Assembly (NCBI GenBank): GCA_051294375.1
Contig: CM119271.1
Coordinates: forward strand, 5,755,991-5,819,990
Source of the DNA: Paraspadella gotoi
Lineage: Eukaryota; Animalia; Chaetognatha
Direction of reading: 5' to 3'
Length of the DNA stretch: 64,000 nt
The position numbers were made by a program, and so were the translations under genes. This document shows, piece after piece, positions 40,546-52,349 of this stretch. Each line of letters begins with the position of its first letter. Position 1 is the first letter of the stretch. The notes under the pieces are model-generated. The model ran no database searches. It saw only the letters and a list, made by a program, of their open reading frames with translations, and was not told where the DNA came from.

Positions 40546-41893
40546 ATGAACGTGGTCGCTCGTTAATGCTCTTCTTCGTGACGTTCACGCCTTTCTAATC
40601 GCCGCAGCCGACGCCGAGTTTTCTCTCTTCAAGAGCCACAAAAGGCTAAACTAGTCGGTTTATTTCGCAAAATGCGACAAAACATCGGACTTCGGCAACG
40701 GCAGCAGCAGCAGCAGCGACCGGCAGCGCAAGAATTTCAAATGCCCCGCAGAAGAGGAGAGAACAGTTTGGTTTGGGACAGGAAGGTGCAAAATATCGCG
40801 GTAAGAAGGGAAGACGGTAGAATTTTCAAATCGTAAAAAAAACTGACTTCAAAGACTCACGTACGTACTATGAAGTCGGGAAATGGTATCTACCGAATGG
40901 GTTACCACTTGACATTACTTACATTACATTAGCTTGAATAACATAAAAATTTATTTGACCACTTTCCCTTTAAACATGCACCTCCTCAGGAATTAGAATG
41001 TCATTGCGCAAATGAATCTACTTCGTCAAAAGCCCGTTGCTTCCCCATTGGCCCTGGAAATGGGTTCCACACTTCGCCGGGCCTCGGTAAACGGCCACCA
41101 CGCCGCCTCTCTCTACGAACCCGCGGGATTTTCGGCGGTCGCCTTTTAAAAACGAAGACGATTGGATCGGACGTAGTCGCGTCGCAGTGGGGGACTTGGA
41201 AGGGATCGTCGAAGGGTGGGTTCGTGACATCGATGTTGAGGACAGTTTCGGGACCCTCGGCCGCCACGGAACGCCGACTTTTGCTCGAGGCGACCAGCGT
41301 TGGATGCGCAATCTTCCCACTTGTTTTCTGGCGACGAAGAGGCGGGTCTCGTCACAGTGCTGACGTGCGTATTTGGAGAGGCCTCTAGCGCGAGTGAGGG
41401 AAATTATGGATCGTCTTCGAACCTGCAAAAGACCGAGAAATCGAAACGCAACCGGCAACGAAAAAGCCGACGATATCGTTGGAGAATGAGAAGCTTCCGT
41501 GGAAAGCATGGATGAATGGCAGCGGCGTCGTAGATGAAGCAGCTGCTGCTTCCGCGGTCTGAGTTTGGCTTTCGAAAAAAATTCTCATTTCGAAAGTCGT
41601 CGAATCTCAAAAACCCCGGAAACGGGCATCGTCACGCCGGGTGACGGAACCACGGTTTCACCGCGACACGGAGGAATTTAGAGGGAAACTTTCCGGCGAC
41701 GAATCAATTTCGAATAACCACTCGGACTCCACCTGTCGAGGGAAAGCGAGACATCGGGAAGAACAAAGCGCAACTTCACTTTTAAGGGACTCTGGATACT
41801 AACGTCTCGGTGGCGCAAGCGAAAAGTTTCAACGATTTGGCCAACAAAAGGCGAATGAAAACGTTCGGCAGCGGTTTTGCGTCAGTGCAATAA
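40546..41893 (+). CDS. Probable secreted CAP (SCP/TAPS)-domain protein, 2 exons (40546-40800, 40990-~41893), frameshifted by sequence errors
   Basis: The ATG is followed by a hydrophobic signal-like stretch (MLFFVTF..FLIAAADAEF). Then come RPAAQEF..NSLVWDRKVQNIA, a GTAAGA..cctcag intron, GDLEGIVEGW, LLLEATSVGCAIF and LVTVLTCVFG. This follows the CAP motif order (PA.nM..L.WD, W..E, T..VGCA, LVC.Y). A low-complexity tail and AATAAA at 42024 follow. The stop position is uncertain. Confidence 0.6.
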
Positions 41894-44800
41894 TCGTGAC
41901 ATTTTATATAACGTCGACGGTACTTAAAAACCGAGTAATTTACAATCAATTTACTTTATTTCTCATCTGGGGCATGCATAGAAACAAATCAATTACATCA
42001 CTTGTCATTAAAAATCGTATCATAATAAAGATTTGCGATAAATTTTTTTTTAACTCATGGTATTGTTTTTAACCACTGTAAAAGACCACAGAGGAATAGA
42101 AAACTAAAATTGAAGTAACATGAAAGAAAACCCTTTTTTTAAAAATAAGGTTTTCGACGAAACAGAGGAAAGAATCACTTTTTTGACTAAAGGTCGACAA
42201 AATCACAAATATCAGTTGTTAGCTAAGGACGAAAGCATAAGAGTAAACAAAATGTTGACTAGATTTCCAGTGTCCGTATACAAAACACGTTTCAAACAAT
42301 AACATCACGATACAATGTGACTAGAGTCAAGTTTTTCTTGGTGTGAAAATAAAATATGTTTCCGCAAATTGAGGACGGTTGTGTCAATAATTGTAATAAA
42401 GATAATATAAGTTCTAAATACTTTTTTATAAAATATGCTATGTAGAATTATCTCTAAATCAAAAATTCGATTTAAAATGATGGCTAAATAGTATAGACAA
42501 AATGGGTGGTTTTAATATTCAGCATAAAGTCTTTTGGTGTTTTGTGAACCTTTAAATTCACATTAGTAAGGAGAAGTGTGTTTTTATTTAACACCCAAGA
42601 CGTGATTAACAATTATATTTGTATTATGTTAACTAATTACGGGTAAAGAGTTTAATCCCAGATAGGTTGAGTTATTTTTATTTTAAATACTGGGTGAATA
42701 TTTCGTTATTTCTATCCAAAAGGTACTACTAAAATTATTAGAGAAAATGCCTATGTCTTTCGAAATGTGATTTAGGTCTGACGTTAATTTTGAAGAAATC
42801 CTTTTTCAAAATACGATACTAAATTAGCAATCAGCCCATTCATGTCAAAATATATAATTTAGATACAATAGCGACTAAACTACTATCGAGATAAAATATC
42901 TTTTATTAGAACATTAAAATTTTTAAAAATATATAAAAAAAAATTACAAGTTAATGTTATATATTAGGCATGACAAAATCTTCACACCAAGTTTTTAAGT
43001 TTAAAATAGATTATTATTATTTTTAACTTTAGAAAAACAAATAAAATATACGTTGGCGTTAGGATTCCTTTTTTTAAAAATTCAAAATAAAAAATTAAAT
43101 ATTTAATTCTTATTACTTCTAGCTTCACGTAAATAATTTTTTTTAAAATAATTTAGATTTAGCCCCATGAATATATAGTATATATATGAATAATAGACAA
43201 AAAATTTTAACCGTGAATTTTTTTATAAAAAAATATTTTCCTAATTTAAAAATAGGTCTGAAAAAAATGTTTCGTGTACATAATAATTAAATCACAAAAT
43301 ACTAACATAACTTATTAATAAATCTTTTATATTTCTCATAGATTTTTTGGGCAAAAAATCAAAAGCAATTGAATAATCTGGTCATACCTAAGAAGCAGTT
43401 GTCGCAAGCTGATGATTGTTGGCTTAGTGAATAATGCTAATTAAATACATTACAAAATATATTTATGAAAGCTAATATTAAGTTTTAAAAGAAAATTATT
43501 ATTTTGAAATTTTTTTATTCCGCCTGAAGAGGATTCAAACGAATTTGAAAATATTACTGTAAGAATAAAATAAAGGAAAATCTTGTGTAAATAAATACAG
43601 AATTAGTACACAACATTTGAGGCCTTTTTTTCTACATTTCGAAGTTAAAATTTTCGAAGCATCAGAGTGTAAATAATAAAATATTTTTAAAAACGTACGT
43701 ATCTTTAAAAAGTTTTAATTTTAAGCTTCCTCGCGTTACTAAGGTATTAATAGAATCTCAAGGACACACTGGGATAATTTCTATGTAAAAACCATTAATT
43801 CACGAAAATAGGTTACAAGAAAATAATATTAATTTACTAAAACAAGGAGTAAAACCCGAATCAACGAGAAAATTTTTCAAATTTCACTAAAGCGATGCAT
43901 AAATATCCGGAAAAACTACTAAAGGAATCTTTTGTTTTGCGTATCGGCAAAGATCCTATGTAGTCATATTTTAAAAGAAATATTTTATTCAGCTCTTCCT
44001 CTGCATTCTTTATAGAATTAAATGTCCAAAAAATTAGCACATTCTACGCTAAGCATAGAAAGACAAAGTTTTTTTTTAATAAGTATAAGAGGTATCCCTA
44101 TTATACAATGAGGATGCCGAAATAAAAAAAGGCCAATAGACTTGGGAGAAAAAAAAAATTTAATGTTCATATCCATTTACGATGACACCAATCAAATCTT
44201 GATCAATAAACCAATGAAATTTGAAACATTTGAGACTACTATTTTTTTTTTTTTAAAATGCAAGATCCGTAATTAATATTTTAATTTTACTTTAAAAAAA
44301 TTTATTGAAAAAAAAGACATTTGTAGACGCGAGAGAAGGCGAGCACCTTCTATACCCTCAAGCTATTGCCCGACATAACACTATTTCATATTCCTTTGTA
44401 TATTAAATATTTTTATTATGCAGAAAAGATTAATGAATATTATTTTTCATTAGATTTGTAAAATCGGCGATTAAAGTAAATTTGAAACATAAAAATTCAA
44501 TATATTAAATCTGAAATACATAATTTAATAAACCTGTCAGTCGACATTTTTGGTATCACTTCGTAATTGGACAATCCGTATTTTGTCAATAAGTTAATTT
44601 TGAAAAAAAAAAAATCTTTAAAGAATATATAATCGCGTATGCTTAGTAAGGACAAAAATTTCATCAACTACTAGCTTTATTGATGGCGTGAGACGCCAAC
44701 TCTGTTATAGCCCTAAGAGTTGTGAGAATATGCAATATCTTTTATATTCTCAAGACGCAGAAGTTAAAAAGAGGTTGAGTTTTATCTTGGGGGTAGTGAA

Positions 44801-45186
44801 TTTTGTTTTATCAACCTAATTACGTGAACATATTTAATCTTCCTACATATTTTGTAAGAGCATGGATAAACTTTAAAAATAGATCGCTGTACTGCTGAGG
44901 TACTTTCATTAATAACGAAAACTTTAAAATTTATTAGTTACGAGACATTCTATTTTAAATTAGGCATATTTGCTGGCAAAAAAATTTTAGCGAGTTTAAT
45001 TCGGTTGCGCTCTTAAATAATAATATATAATTTATTTATAAATCCTCAATAACCTGAAAGTAAAAGAGAAACTTTTTTTTGTCGAAGAAAAATCGACGTA
45101 CTGGCAACGATAATTTTTTTTTTTCTTTTTTCATTTAGAGAAACTAATGATCTAAAAAGAAAAATCTGACAGCAGCAAGGTTTTCT

Positions 45187-45285
45187 TCAGAGTTGGTACG
45201 CGACTTCTTGTTTTTTGTAGCGCAACATAAATTCGTGTAGAGTTTTTCCTTGAAATTGCTCGGCTTCTAGCGCCAATTTGTTCGT
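45187..45285 (-). CDS. STXBP5: tomosyn last coding exon (TNKLALEAEQF..HEFMLRYK..YQL-stop)
   Basis: Acceptor aaatttag after a 69-nt intron; TGA at 45189-45187. Confidence 0.88.
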   Translation of the reverse strand, partial: TNKLALEAEQFQGKTLHEFMLRYKKQEVAYQL

Positions 45286-48200
45286 CTAAATTTTGGGAAA
45301 AATGAGAGCTAGTTTTGGTCCTTGTTGTTTATTCAATGTAATATAAAACCTTACTTGTCGCCAAGTGACCGAGTTTTTTCGCCTCTCTCGATGGCTTTCA
45401 ATCTGGCGTCAGCGACGGCCGCAGGCCCGCGCGCACCTGTTAGAATTGGCTTTGAGCCCTGCTTGCATGTTTGCCTGAAATAAAAAATTAACGAAGCTTT
45501 AATTATTAAGTTCAATATGATAACTTACAACCGTCCCATACAAAAAAAAAGAAGCTTAAAAGAAGTAATTTCATGACGCGATTCTAAAGACGGGAAAAAC
45601 AGATAGGTTGGCCGACTTTCCGGGGCGGGAAAATACGCAGGCAGGTAGGCACTAGGCAGTCTTCCTTCCTCTACCTTTGCTGCGAGTGCCCGGGCTTGGG
45701 CGCGCCCCTTTGGTTCGGCGGAGGTTGCGGTGCCAAATACTCTTCGCGGTCGACGTCGACGTCGCCGCCGGAGAAGAGGCCGCGGAAGAAACTCTGTTCG
45801 AGCTCGGTGCGCCTCCATGTCGCGCTAGGAAGTAATCTCCAACATGTCCTATTAAAAAGAAGTCTTGTTAGTTATGTATAGGAAGAGTTCGAATTGTTTT
45901 GATATTTTTCGAGTTTGCAAAATCTATCTTTGTACTACGAACCTTGAAATTTCTATAATTTTTATTTCATTTAGGTAAAAAGTTTTTCACTCATTTAAAT
46001 CTAAATGCCCATTTGTTCAACCACCCGTCGGAATTTACATCGCGAAAGCGGACCTTGAGTTCGTAAATCATGTTCTCAGGAGAAGCTTATCTTCTGAACT
46101 TTCGGTCGGCGAACTCATGTAGAATGGCGTGGCCGTTGAATGAGAAGGCAAGAGGTCCTGAGGACGCGGATATCCACGGCGAAGGAAGGGAGGAAGTTGG
46201 ATGTCGAGGCAGTGGGCGAAGACTGGGGATCGAGAGAGCGACAAGCTTTCCGTTAGGAAACGCAGCACGCCAGGCACCTGTGGAAGGAAGTAAGCAGAGA
46301 GATTTTTGATTTCCAAATGTCGGAATGAAATCAATAATCGATAAAAATCATAAAGTATCAATAATTCCAGTAGCACCTGCGAGCCGTGAAAAGGAACAAG
46401 CCGGCAAAGCCCCGAGAACGAACGACGTGGTGTCACACCGTTAAAGACGAGAGGACAGTCGAACTTTCGCAGGCGCAAGCCTGCGACGGCGAGCAACGCT
46501 ACACGCGACGCCTGGCGCTCCGGGAGCAAAATGACGCCGTAATGGCCCTTCGCCCTCCGTCGAACTGGAGCTGGCGCGTTGACGCGATGGAGTGACGAGA
46601 CAGAAACGATAACGACGACCGACGTCAGAGAATTCCTGCACCATCGATGAAGCCCAGCGCTAGATGGCGCGCGCACGCGAACGCAGGCTAGTGGGTGAGG
46701 CGGCAGTGACGGCCTGAGCCCCGCGGTCGGCCGGCAGCATCGTCGTTACCACGCGACAGCGCCGAGTGACGTGCCGAACCTCGATAGTGACGGCGTGGCG
46801 CAGCAATCCCCTTTCCGGGGGAAACGTGTCCGACGAATTTCCCGAGAACAGGAGATGGACTCTTGGCTGACGTACGGAATTGTCCAGGTGAGGGTCGAGT
46901 CGTCGACGGAGGAAACTGCGAAGACGGGGAGATGAGAAATCTGCGAGGCGTTGTCCGAGACGGATCCGCCTCGGTCGCCGTCGCCGGCGCGTTGCCCACG
47001 CAGCGCCGGGCCCGAAGATTGCGGGGTCTCCGCCGACTCGTGAAGGGCGGGGTGGACGTACCGCCGCTGAACGCCAACCGCCGGCGGTGGCGCTCTGGAA
47101 CGTTTTATCAGAGCGCTCGAGGACGCGTTTGCTAATCTTTTTAAACCATGGACTTTCCAGTCTCCGTCCTGGTGGAGTGCTTGGTGTCGTCCGGAGTCTT
47201 CCCGAAGGTCACTATGAAATAGAAGAGTCTTGGCTCGGTTTCTTTCGCCCTTTTCCTGACGATTAGAAAAAAGGAATAATGAGAAAGGTAATTAAAATTA
47301 CTTATAAAAGAAACAAAAATTTACGGAACAATTTCTCCAAAACTAACCAAAAAAATAAAAAGGCATCTTAAAACAAAAAGGCTTTTTTCATTAATAAAAG
47401 CAAAACCCTGTTGGGATATAACAGCGTTACCGCCGACCTGAGGCTGCCGCGACGGCCGCGGTCGTGTATCCGCGGCCGTCCCGGTGTCGAAGGCGGAGAA
47501 ATTGCGAAACGATGCGGTTTCGGCGAAGACTCGCGCGATCGAGCCGTGCAGTGCTCGCAACTCGAAGGGGTCGAGGCCGTCGGACAGGTCGGACGGGGAC
47601 TTTCACTTTGCTAATTTGGTTATAAGGGGGGGTAAGGATTGATTAAGGAAACTGACTGCACGGGACTTGGAAAAAATATACTTTAATGTTCTAATTTAAA
47701 AAAAAGTCTCGGGAAGTCGACGCATCTTGATAATGATAATACATTAAAACTCATGTATTTTTTTACTTTTATTGGGTTCGAATCCCTTTTAATGTTATTT
47801 TTTTTGGTTCTGATTTTAAATTCGTAAGTATTCAGTTTTTTTCACTCAGTTTATATTAATTGTAATATTTTTTTTTTTAATTTTAAGAGTTTCATTTTTG
47901 ATTTTGTTTATTGCTGACAAAGAGCGCCATCTCTAAATCCCATCCTCTCTCCACATTCCACCCGCCCCCGCGCAAAAAAAAAAAACCTAGGACTGATCTC
48001 TTCTGCGCGATTCTGCGGACGAACGTTCTTTTCTCCGTCGAAGCGTCGATCGAGTCCGACATTGTTTTCGGGGATAGAGAGCGTCCCGGGCCGCTTCTCG
48101 CCCGCCCTTGCCGTTGTGGTCAGAGGTGGTGGCGGGTGGTGAAGGTTGGTGGTGGTGGCTGTTGTGGTCCTTGCCTCCACGCCGACCGCGCGAACCCGCG

Positions 48201-51200
48201 GTTGTTTTCCAGCGTAGACCCAGTCGTCCTGTCGTCCTGTCCATCGACGATTGTTGCTTCGACTACGGTAGCCCGCCTTCCGCCGCGCAGAGTGCGCAGC
48301 GTCTCCTCCAATGCCGCCAAAGATGCTTTGGCGTCTCTTGTAGTCCTGGATCCACATCGGCCGTCGTTTCCGCCGAGCCGTTTCGCGCCGCGTTGTTGCA
48401 ACGCTCTCGAGCGACGGTGAGCGCGACTCTTCGTGCGGAAAAAACTTTCCTTCCCTGTCGCGCCCCGCCCCGCCGTCGATTTCGGGATCGATACCTCGGA
48501 CGTAAGGGTCCATGGCGCCGTAGAGACCCGGCGTGCCCGTCTTGAGTACGCAGGCTCGTCGGACGACGTCGAACCATCGACGAGGAGGCGTCGTTGCCGA
48601 AGGCCAACAACCCGTTGCGGGGTCGTAGTTGAGGGCGGTCACGTTTCCAGGCGGGACTCCCGCAACCCGGGTCAGCTGGACGAGAGCTCAGGTTGATAGC
48701 CGGGAGAACGCTTCTGCGTACAGTCTTGGCTTTGAGGACTGTCCTGCTCCTGGGGTCGGAGTCGTCGAGCCCATAGAGGGTTCGACATGCCAGAAGTAGG
48801 AAGAAAGGGCCTAACGACCCGATGAACCCTCTGGTTTGTTATCGCGGGGACGAAACTCGACGGGCTCTTCCATCCGCGTGAATGTGGATGGTTTCGACCT
48901 CCTCGGGAAGGGAATTCTTGGAAAAGATTGGGGAAAGTCGGTGAAGGGTAAGGAAAAAAGAGAGAGACCGAAAGAGACGATAGAGATTCAGTAGACAGAG
49001 AAGAGAATAAAGAGAGAAAGTGTGGAACAAAGTGAAAAAAGAGAAAGAGAAGGAAAGAATTGAACAATATGAAAAAGTGGGCGCGGGGAAAGAAGATATG
49101 CTTTAAAGGCGTGTACTTAGGAAAAATAGTTTTTAGCAAACCTCCTATGAGATATAACTTAAAATGAACTTCGATGGTCGGGCATTCTGAGTAAGTTTCC
49201 CCTTTGTTGAATTTAAGGATAATCACGTGACCAGACGCTCCTAGAAAATAGAAAGAAATCGAAATACGAGGAGAGACTAAAAGTTTCAATAACCTTAAAT
49301 TTATTTCAAATATATTTTAAATGTTAGGGCTTTAGTAAGCCTTACACCATACCAGCTTAATGCCAGTTCTCTCGTGTCCAGCAGCGCGAGTTGGATGTGC
49401 CCAGAGCGAAGGGTCTCCTCGAAGGGGGACGTATGCGCTTAAGAAATCCTTCGTCAGCCGGGAAATGACGAACGCTCCAACGCGAACGAAAACTTTTCGA
49501 ATAGTTTCCCAGTTTTAAAATTTGTACAGCCACCTTACGGACGGAAAACGAAATTTAAGCTTGACAAAAAAATCTAAAAGTATAAGAATCTTCGCAATCA
49601 CAGAAAAAAATCTGGACCCATGACAAACTTTGATACTCAATCAAAATTAATTTTGAATATCAGGAAAACTAAGTGATATATTTAACAAAAAATACATATA
49701 TTTTTATATCAATAAATTAGCTTAGAAGAATAAAACAAATGGTAATATCCATTAATCCAATGATAGATGGACCATTTGACAAACAAACAAAAAGCCATCC
49801 TAAAAATCACAATGATCTAATTGATCAAAAATGTAGGTTCTGAAGAGACAGTAATTATTGTCATGTATTAGTGACAGAACGTTCAATATAAGCAGTCCCT
49901 GAACTTCGGATTGCAGGCTGTAACAACCGTGTTACAAGGCGTGTTAAGCGCCCCGTCCTTTTAACTTTTAGGCGACCACCCGGGCTAAAAGCCCGGACGC
50001 TTTGGTTGGGAGGCGAATGACTTGCCTCCGGCACCAGGCCGCTGATGAACGGTTGGTAAATTTTTAGTCATCCAATTAGTTCGATTACAATGACGTTATT
50101 TTTTAAGGAGAAAGCTATTGTATTATTATTCGATTAAAAAAAATAATAATGTTTCGGCGATTGTAAAAATGTAGAAAAGCGCGACTGCGATGCTTGAAGG
50201 TCAGCTGGTTCGGCTCCTGAGTTTTTGAAATGTATTTATTTTTAAATTAAAGAGAGAAAGAGAGAGACAGATATAATTAAAGGAAAAGATCCTGCGAAGT
50301 AATTTTTATTTTTTAAATTTTTTCACTAATAAATATTAAAACACATTTTTAGAATCATTAATGAAATTAATCAAATTTTGAAATACCTTAATGATGAGAA
50401 GCTATATCTAAATTTTAAGCTTCACTTTTTATTTCGACCATCATCCCAAAATCGTTGCAATCGAGCCATTGCGACGAAAAACGGGCAGATAATCTCCTAA
50501 GTTCCTGCAACCTGGAGAGACAACGAGGAGGCGTCCCCAAAATTTGACGGAGCCCATCGGCTGACGCAAAGTGATCATGATTTCGGCATAAGAGCAGGCG
50601 CCTTTTGCCCCCAACTGGCCCAACCCGTTATAGGCCATGGTCGCTTCGCTGTAGCCTTTTTGTTCGTGCGTTGGCAACCGACTGCACAAGACGAAGCATT
50701 AATGGTCCAAAAATGGAAAGAATGAGATTTGCATTTTACTCAATTGAAGCGTCAATCGCCTTTATGAAAAGAAATTTGGTTCTCATTTTGTTTGAAAAAA
50801 ATTAAGCTATATTCCCGATCATATGTCAAACGCCAAAAGTACCGAAGATAGGGGGAAAAAAATGATTGCGGTTTTGGAAAAATAAAATAATTTCAATTGT
50901 CCTAAATATATTTTTTGCAGGAAAATAGTATTTAATAAAATAATACTACCTCCCTTGATTGAAAGAAAAGATTAATCCCAAAAACATCCAAATAAAAATC
51001 AAAAACACGAGTGGCGCGTTACAGTAATATAGGCTATATGTGAATGCAGCGTAAGTTCACAGTTCAAAAAGCTCCTTATTTTAACGCCTAGTCAGTAATT
51101 CAACTCTTCAATCCTATACTATAAATAACTGTAAGGAAAGGAAACTTTCGCCCTAAAATCCCTGCCGTGCATACTCAAATTTATCATTTTTATCTCAGCT

Positions 51201-52349
51201 TTGTTTGGTCTCTGACTCCCTCATCTACAACCACACTCTGTACTTACTCCAACTGATGGCCAGCCTATTCGCGAAACAACCTCGCATAGTTTCAAAGAAG
51301 AGGTCACGGTTTTAATGAGTTCCTCTTTTTTGTTCGCTTGTTTTTATTGAGTCCGAAGTTGTTCAACAGGAAGAGGGTGTGAAGACGAAGTCAATGGTTT
51401 CCGATACCCCTCCCAAAAAAGAGCAAGAATATGGTGAGGTCGATGTCCCAGATTTCTCACCAATACTTAAATTTCGTGAACAACAAAGTCATCTCATCGC
51501 AGCATGAAGCCAGCAACTCATTCTCTAACCTGAGTAAAGCGCAGGCACGAGGTCCGGGGGGCCAATTGGCGTAATACTGGCAGACTGTGACGGGGCTCTC
51601 GTGAATGTTCCATGGGGTTAGGATTCTCAAAAGACGGGGAATCCCGTGGGACAAGGTCGACGACCTACGAGGATTCGCTTTGGAGTAAGCACTACTAACG
51701 CTGCAAGGTAGTCGAAGTAAAGAAATAAATAAGTATAAGAAATGGATAAAAATTAAGAAGTTGGCAGGCGACAAATAACAACGAATGACTGTTTAATCTA
51801 CGTCAGTTTGAACGCTGTTTACAGATAGTTCTACGTAGCAAAGGCGAAACAATTTTTTTTTATAAATCAAAATGGTACTGTAATTCCTATTTTTCTTCTT
51901 GTGCAAAAGGCTTAAAATTTTTTTTCCAAGACTTACAAAACCAACTTTTTCTTATTTGTCAAATTGGAACGCAGGGAAAAATGAAAAGGCCATAAATCGG
52001 GCATACATGTTTGATTAGGTCAGATGAGGCATAATTTGAGGCGTTTTTTTTTGATTGAATTAATTTTATTTCGCGCAGACTAAACATATATTTAACGGAG
52101 AATTTTTGTTCTGCAAGTATCTATTTTCCGAATTGTAGTTTTGACTTTTTCTTTATTTTAAGTTTTAATTTTATTTTAATTTTTTTTTTTTCACCTCAGG
52201 ATTTGGAAATTCGCTGGTCCAGGGAGTCCTCGGTTAACGGGAAGAAAGTCATGACTCGATGCTACCATCTCGAGGACATGACGCTCTTTCCTCTCATGAT
52301 GGTGATACTTGGAGTTCGAAAAAAATCCCTTTGTCAGCCGCCAAACCTC
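45187..52349 (-). CDS. STXBP5: Tomosyn (syntaxin-binding protein 5 / Lgl-family WD40 protein with C-terminal R-SNARE); 5' part missing, lost at or beyond the gap at 52640; frameshifted by sequence errors
   Basis: Twelve mostly GT-AG bounded exons translate, allowing single-base frameshifts, to colinear tomosyn motifs: GGL..TPSITIMRGKS..VLEM; IHESPVTVCQYYAN; GACSYAEIMIT..GSVKFW; GASGHVIILKFNK; KRSPGYQPEL..VTALNYDPATGLLAFGN..GLYGAMDPY; NGKLVALSIPSLRPL; YMSSPTE; SFFRGLFSGGDVDVDREE; ARLKAIERGEK; HEFMLRYK..YQL-stop. These match vertebrate STXBP5 as I recall it (IHESPVT, GHADGSIKFWDAS, GYQTELV..GLVVFGN..LYGSNDPY, FFKGLFGGG..LDREE, ARLALDERGQKL, LKYKDKKWYQF). Confidence 0.93.
45355..45474 (-). CDS. 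STXBP5: tomosyn exon, first half of R-SNARE (ADARLKAIERGEK..LGDK)
   Basis: Acceptor ttttttatttcag and donor GTAAGG. The zero-layer Arg is in ERGE. Confidence 0.88.
45675..45848 (-). CDS. STXBP5: tomosyn exon (DML.DYF..SFFRGLFSGGDVDVDREE)
   Basis: Acceptor ttttaatag and donor AAG|GTAGAG. Encodes the Lgl/tomosyn tail motif. Confidence 0.88.
46054..46277 (-). CDS. STXBP5: tomosyn exon (CLAC..NGKLVALSIPSLRPL..NGHA..YMSSPTE..ELK)
   Basis: Acceptor ccttccacag. Donor is either AAG|GTCCGC or the GTAAAT about 15 nt further on. Confidence 0.85.
46377..47255 (-). CDS. STXBP5: tomosyn exon (end of hypervariable region, then AVSSVD..GTSLG..LALGFIDGAG..HYGVI..TTSFVL)
   Basis: Acceptor ctaatcgtcag and donor CAG|GTGCTA. 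Matches SSVTSID..VGTTLG..MAFLDTTG..QYAVI..ETSFVL across frameshifts. Confidence 0.8.
47431..47610 (-). CDS. STXBP5: tomosyn hypervariable-region exon (Ser/Pro/Arg-rich)
   Basis: 180-nt GC-rich island with AG and GTAACG boundaries, between recognisable tomosyn exons. One frame is open (QSESPRPT..RGRRGSLRS) but has no conserved motif. Confidence 0.6.
47987..48916 (-). CDS. STXBP5: tomosyn large exon (GYQPEL..GLLAFGN..GLYGAMDPY plus start of hypervariable region)
   Basis: Motifs are spread over ORFs 48672..49289, 48263..48610 and 47908..48642 because of frameshifts. Acceptor cttttccaag and donor TAG|GTTTTT. Confidence 0.85.
49142..49240 (-). CDS. STXBP5: tomosyn exon (GASGHVIILKFNKGETYSECPTIEVHF)
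   Basis: Lies in ORF 48672..49289. Acceptor ttctattttctag; donor approximate. Confidence 0.85.
49353..49533 (-). CDS. STXBP5: tomosyn exon (LYKF.KTGKLFEK..DPFAL..DTRELA)
   Basis: Corresponds to VLYKLKTSKVFEK..EDPYAI..CPESRMLCIAG. Donor CTG|GTATGG. Confidence 0.8.
50512..50681 (-). CDS. STXBP5: tomosyn exon (QKGYS..WPI..GACSYAEIMIT..GSVKFW..SLQ)
   Basis: Motifs lie in ORF 50441..50689. Acceptor tcttgtgcag and donor CAG|GTTGCA. Confidence 0.85.
51530..51712 (-). CDS. STXBP5: tomosyn exon (FENPNP..IHESPVTVCQYYAN..LVPALYS)
   Basis: IHESPVTVCQYYAN is visible in ORF 51457..51774. Donor CAG|GTTAGA; acceptor position approximate. Confidence 0.85.
52195..52349 (-). CDS. STXBP5: tomosyn exon (GGL..TPSITIMRGKS..VLEM..PWTSEFPNPE)
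   Basis: Acceptor ttcattcag and donor GAG|GTGAAA. Corresponds to tomosyn GGLSYD..LTVMHGKSTAVLEM..ETPYPNDFQEP. Confidence 0.85.

Noticed and set aside
47911-48696. Plus-strand ORFs over the large tomosyn exon
   Set aside because: They are antisense shadows of GC-rich coding sequence.
45187-48916. Calling the gene lethal giant larvae (Lgl) instead of tomosyn
   Set aside because: The C-terminal R-SNARE motif (ERGEK..) and the YK..YQL ending are tomosyn features that Lgl lacks.
45187-52349. Tomosyn as a pseudogene or programmed-frameshift gene
   Set aside because: Exon order, splice sites and motifs are intact. Single-base indels occur at similar density between duplicate copies of non-coding DNA elsewhere in the window, so sequencing error is the simpler explanation.
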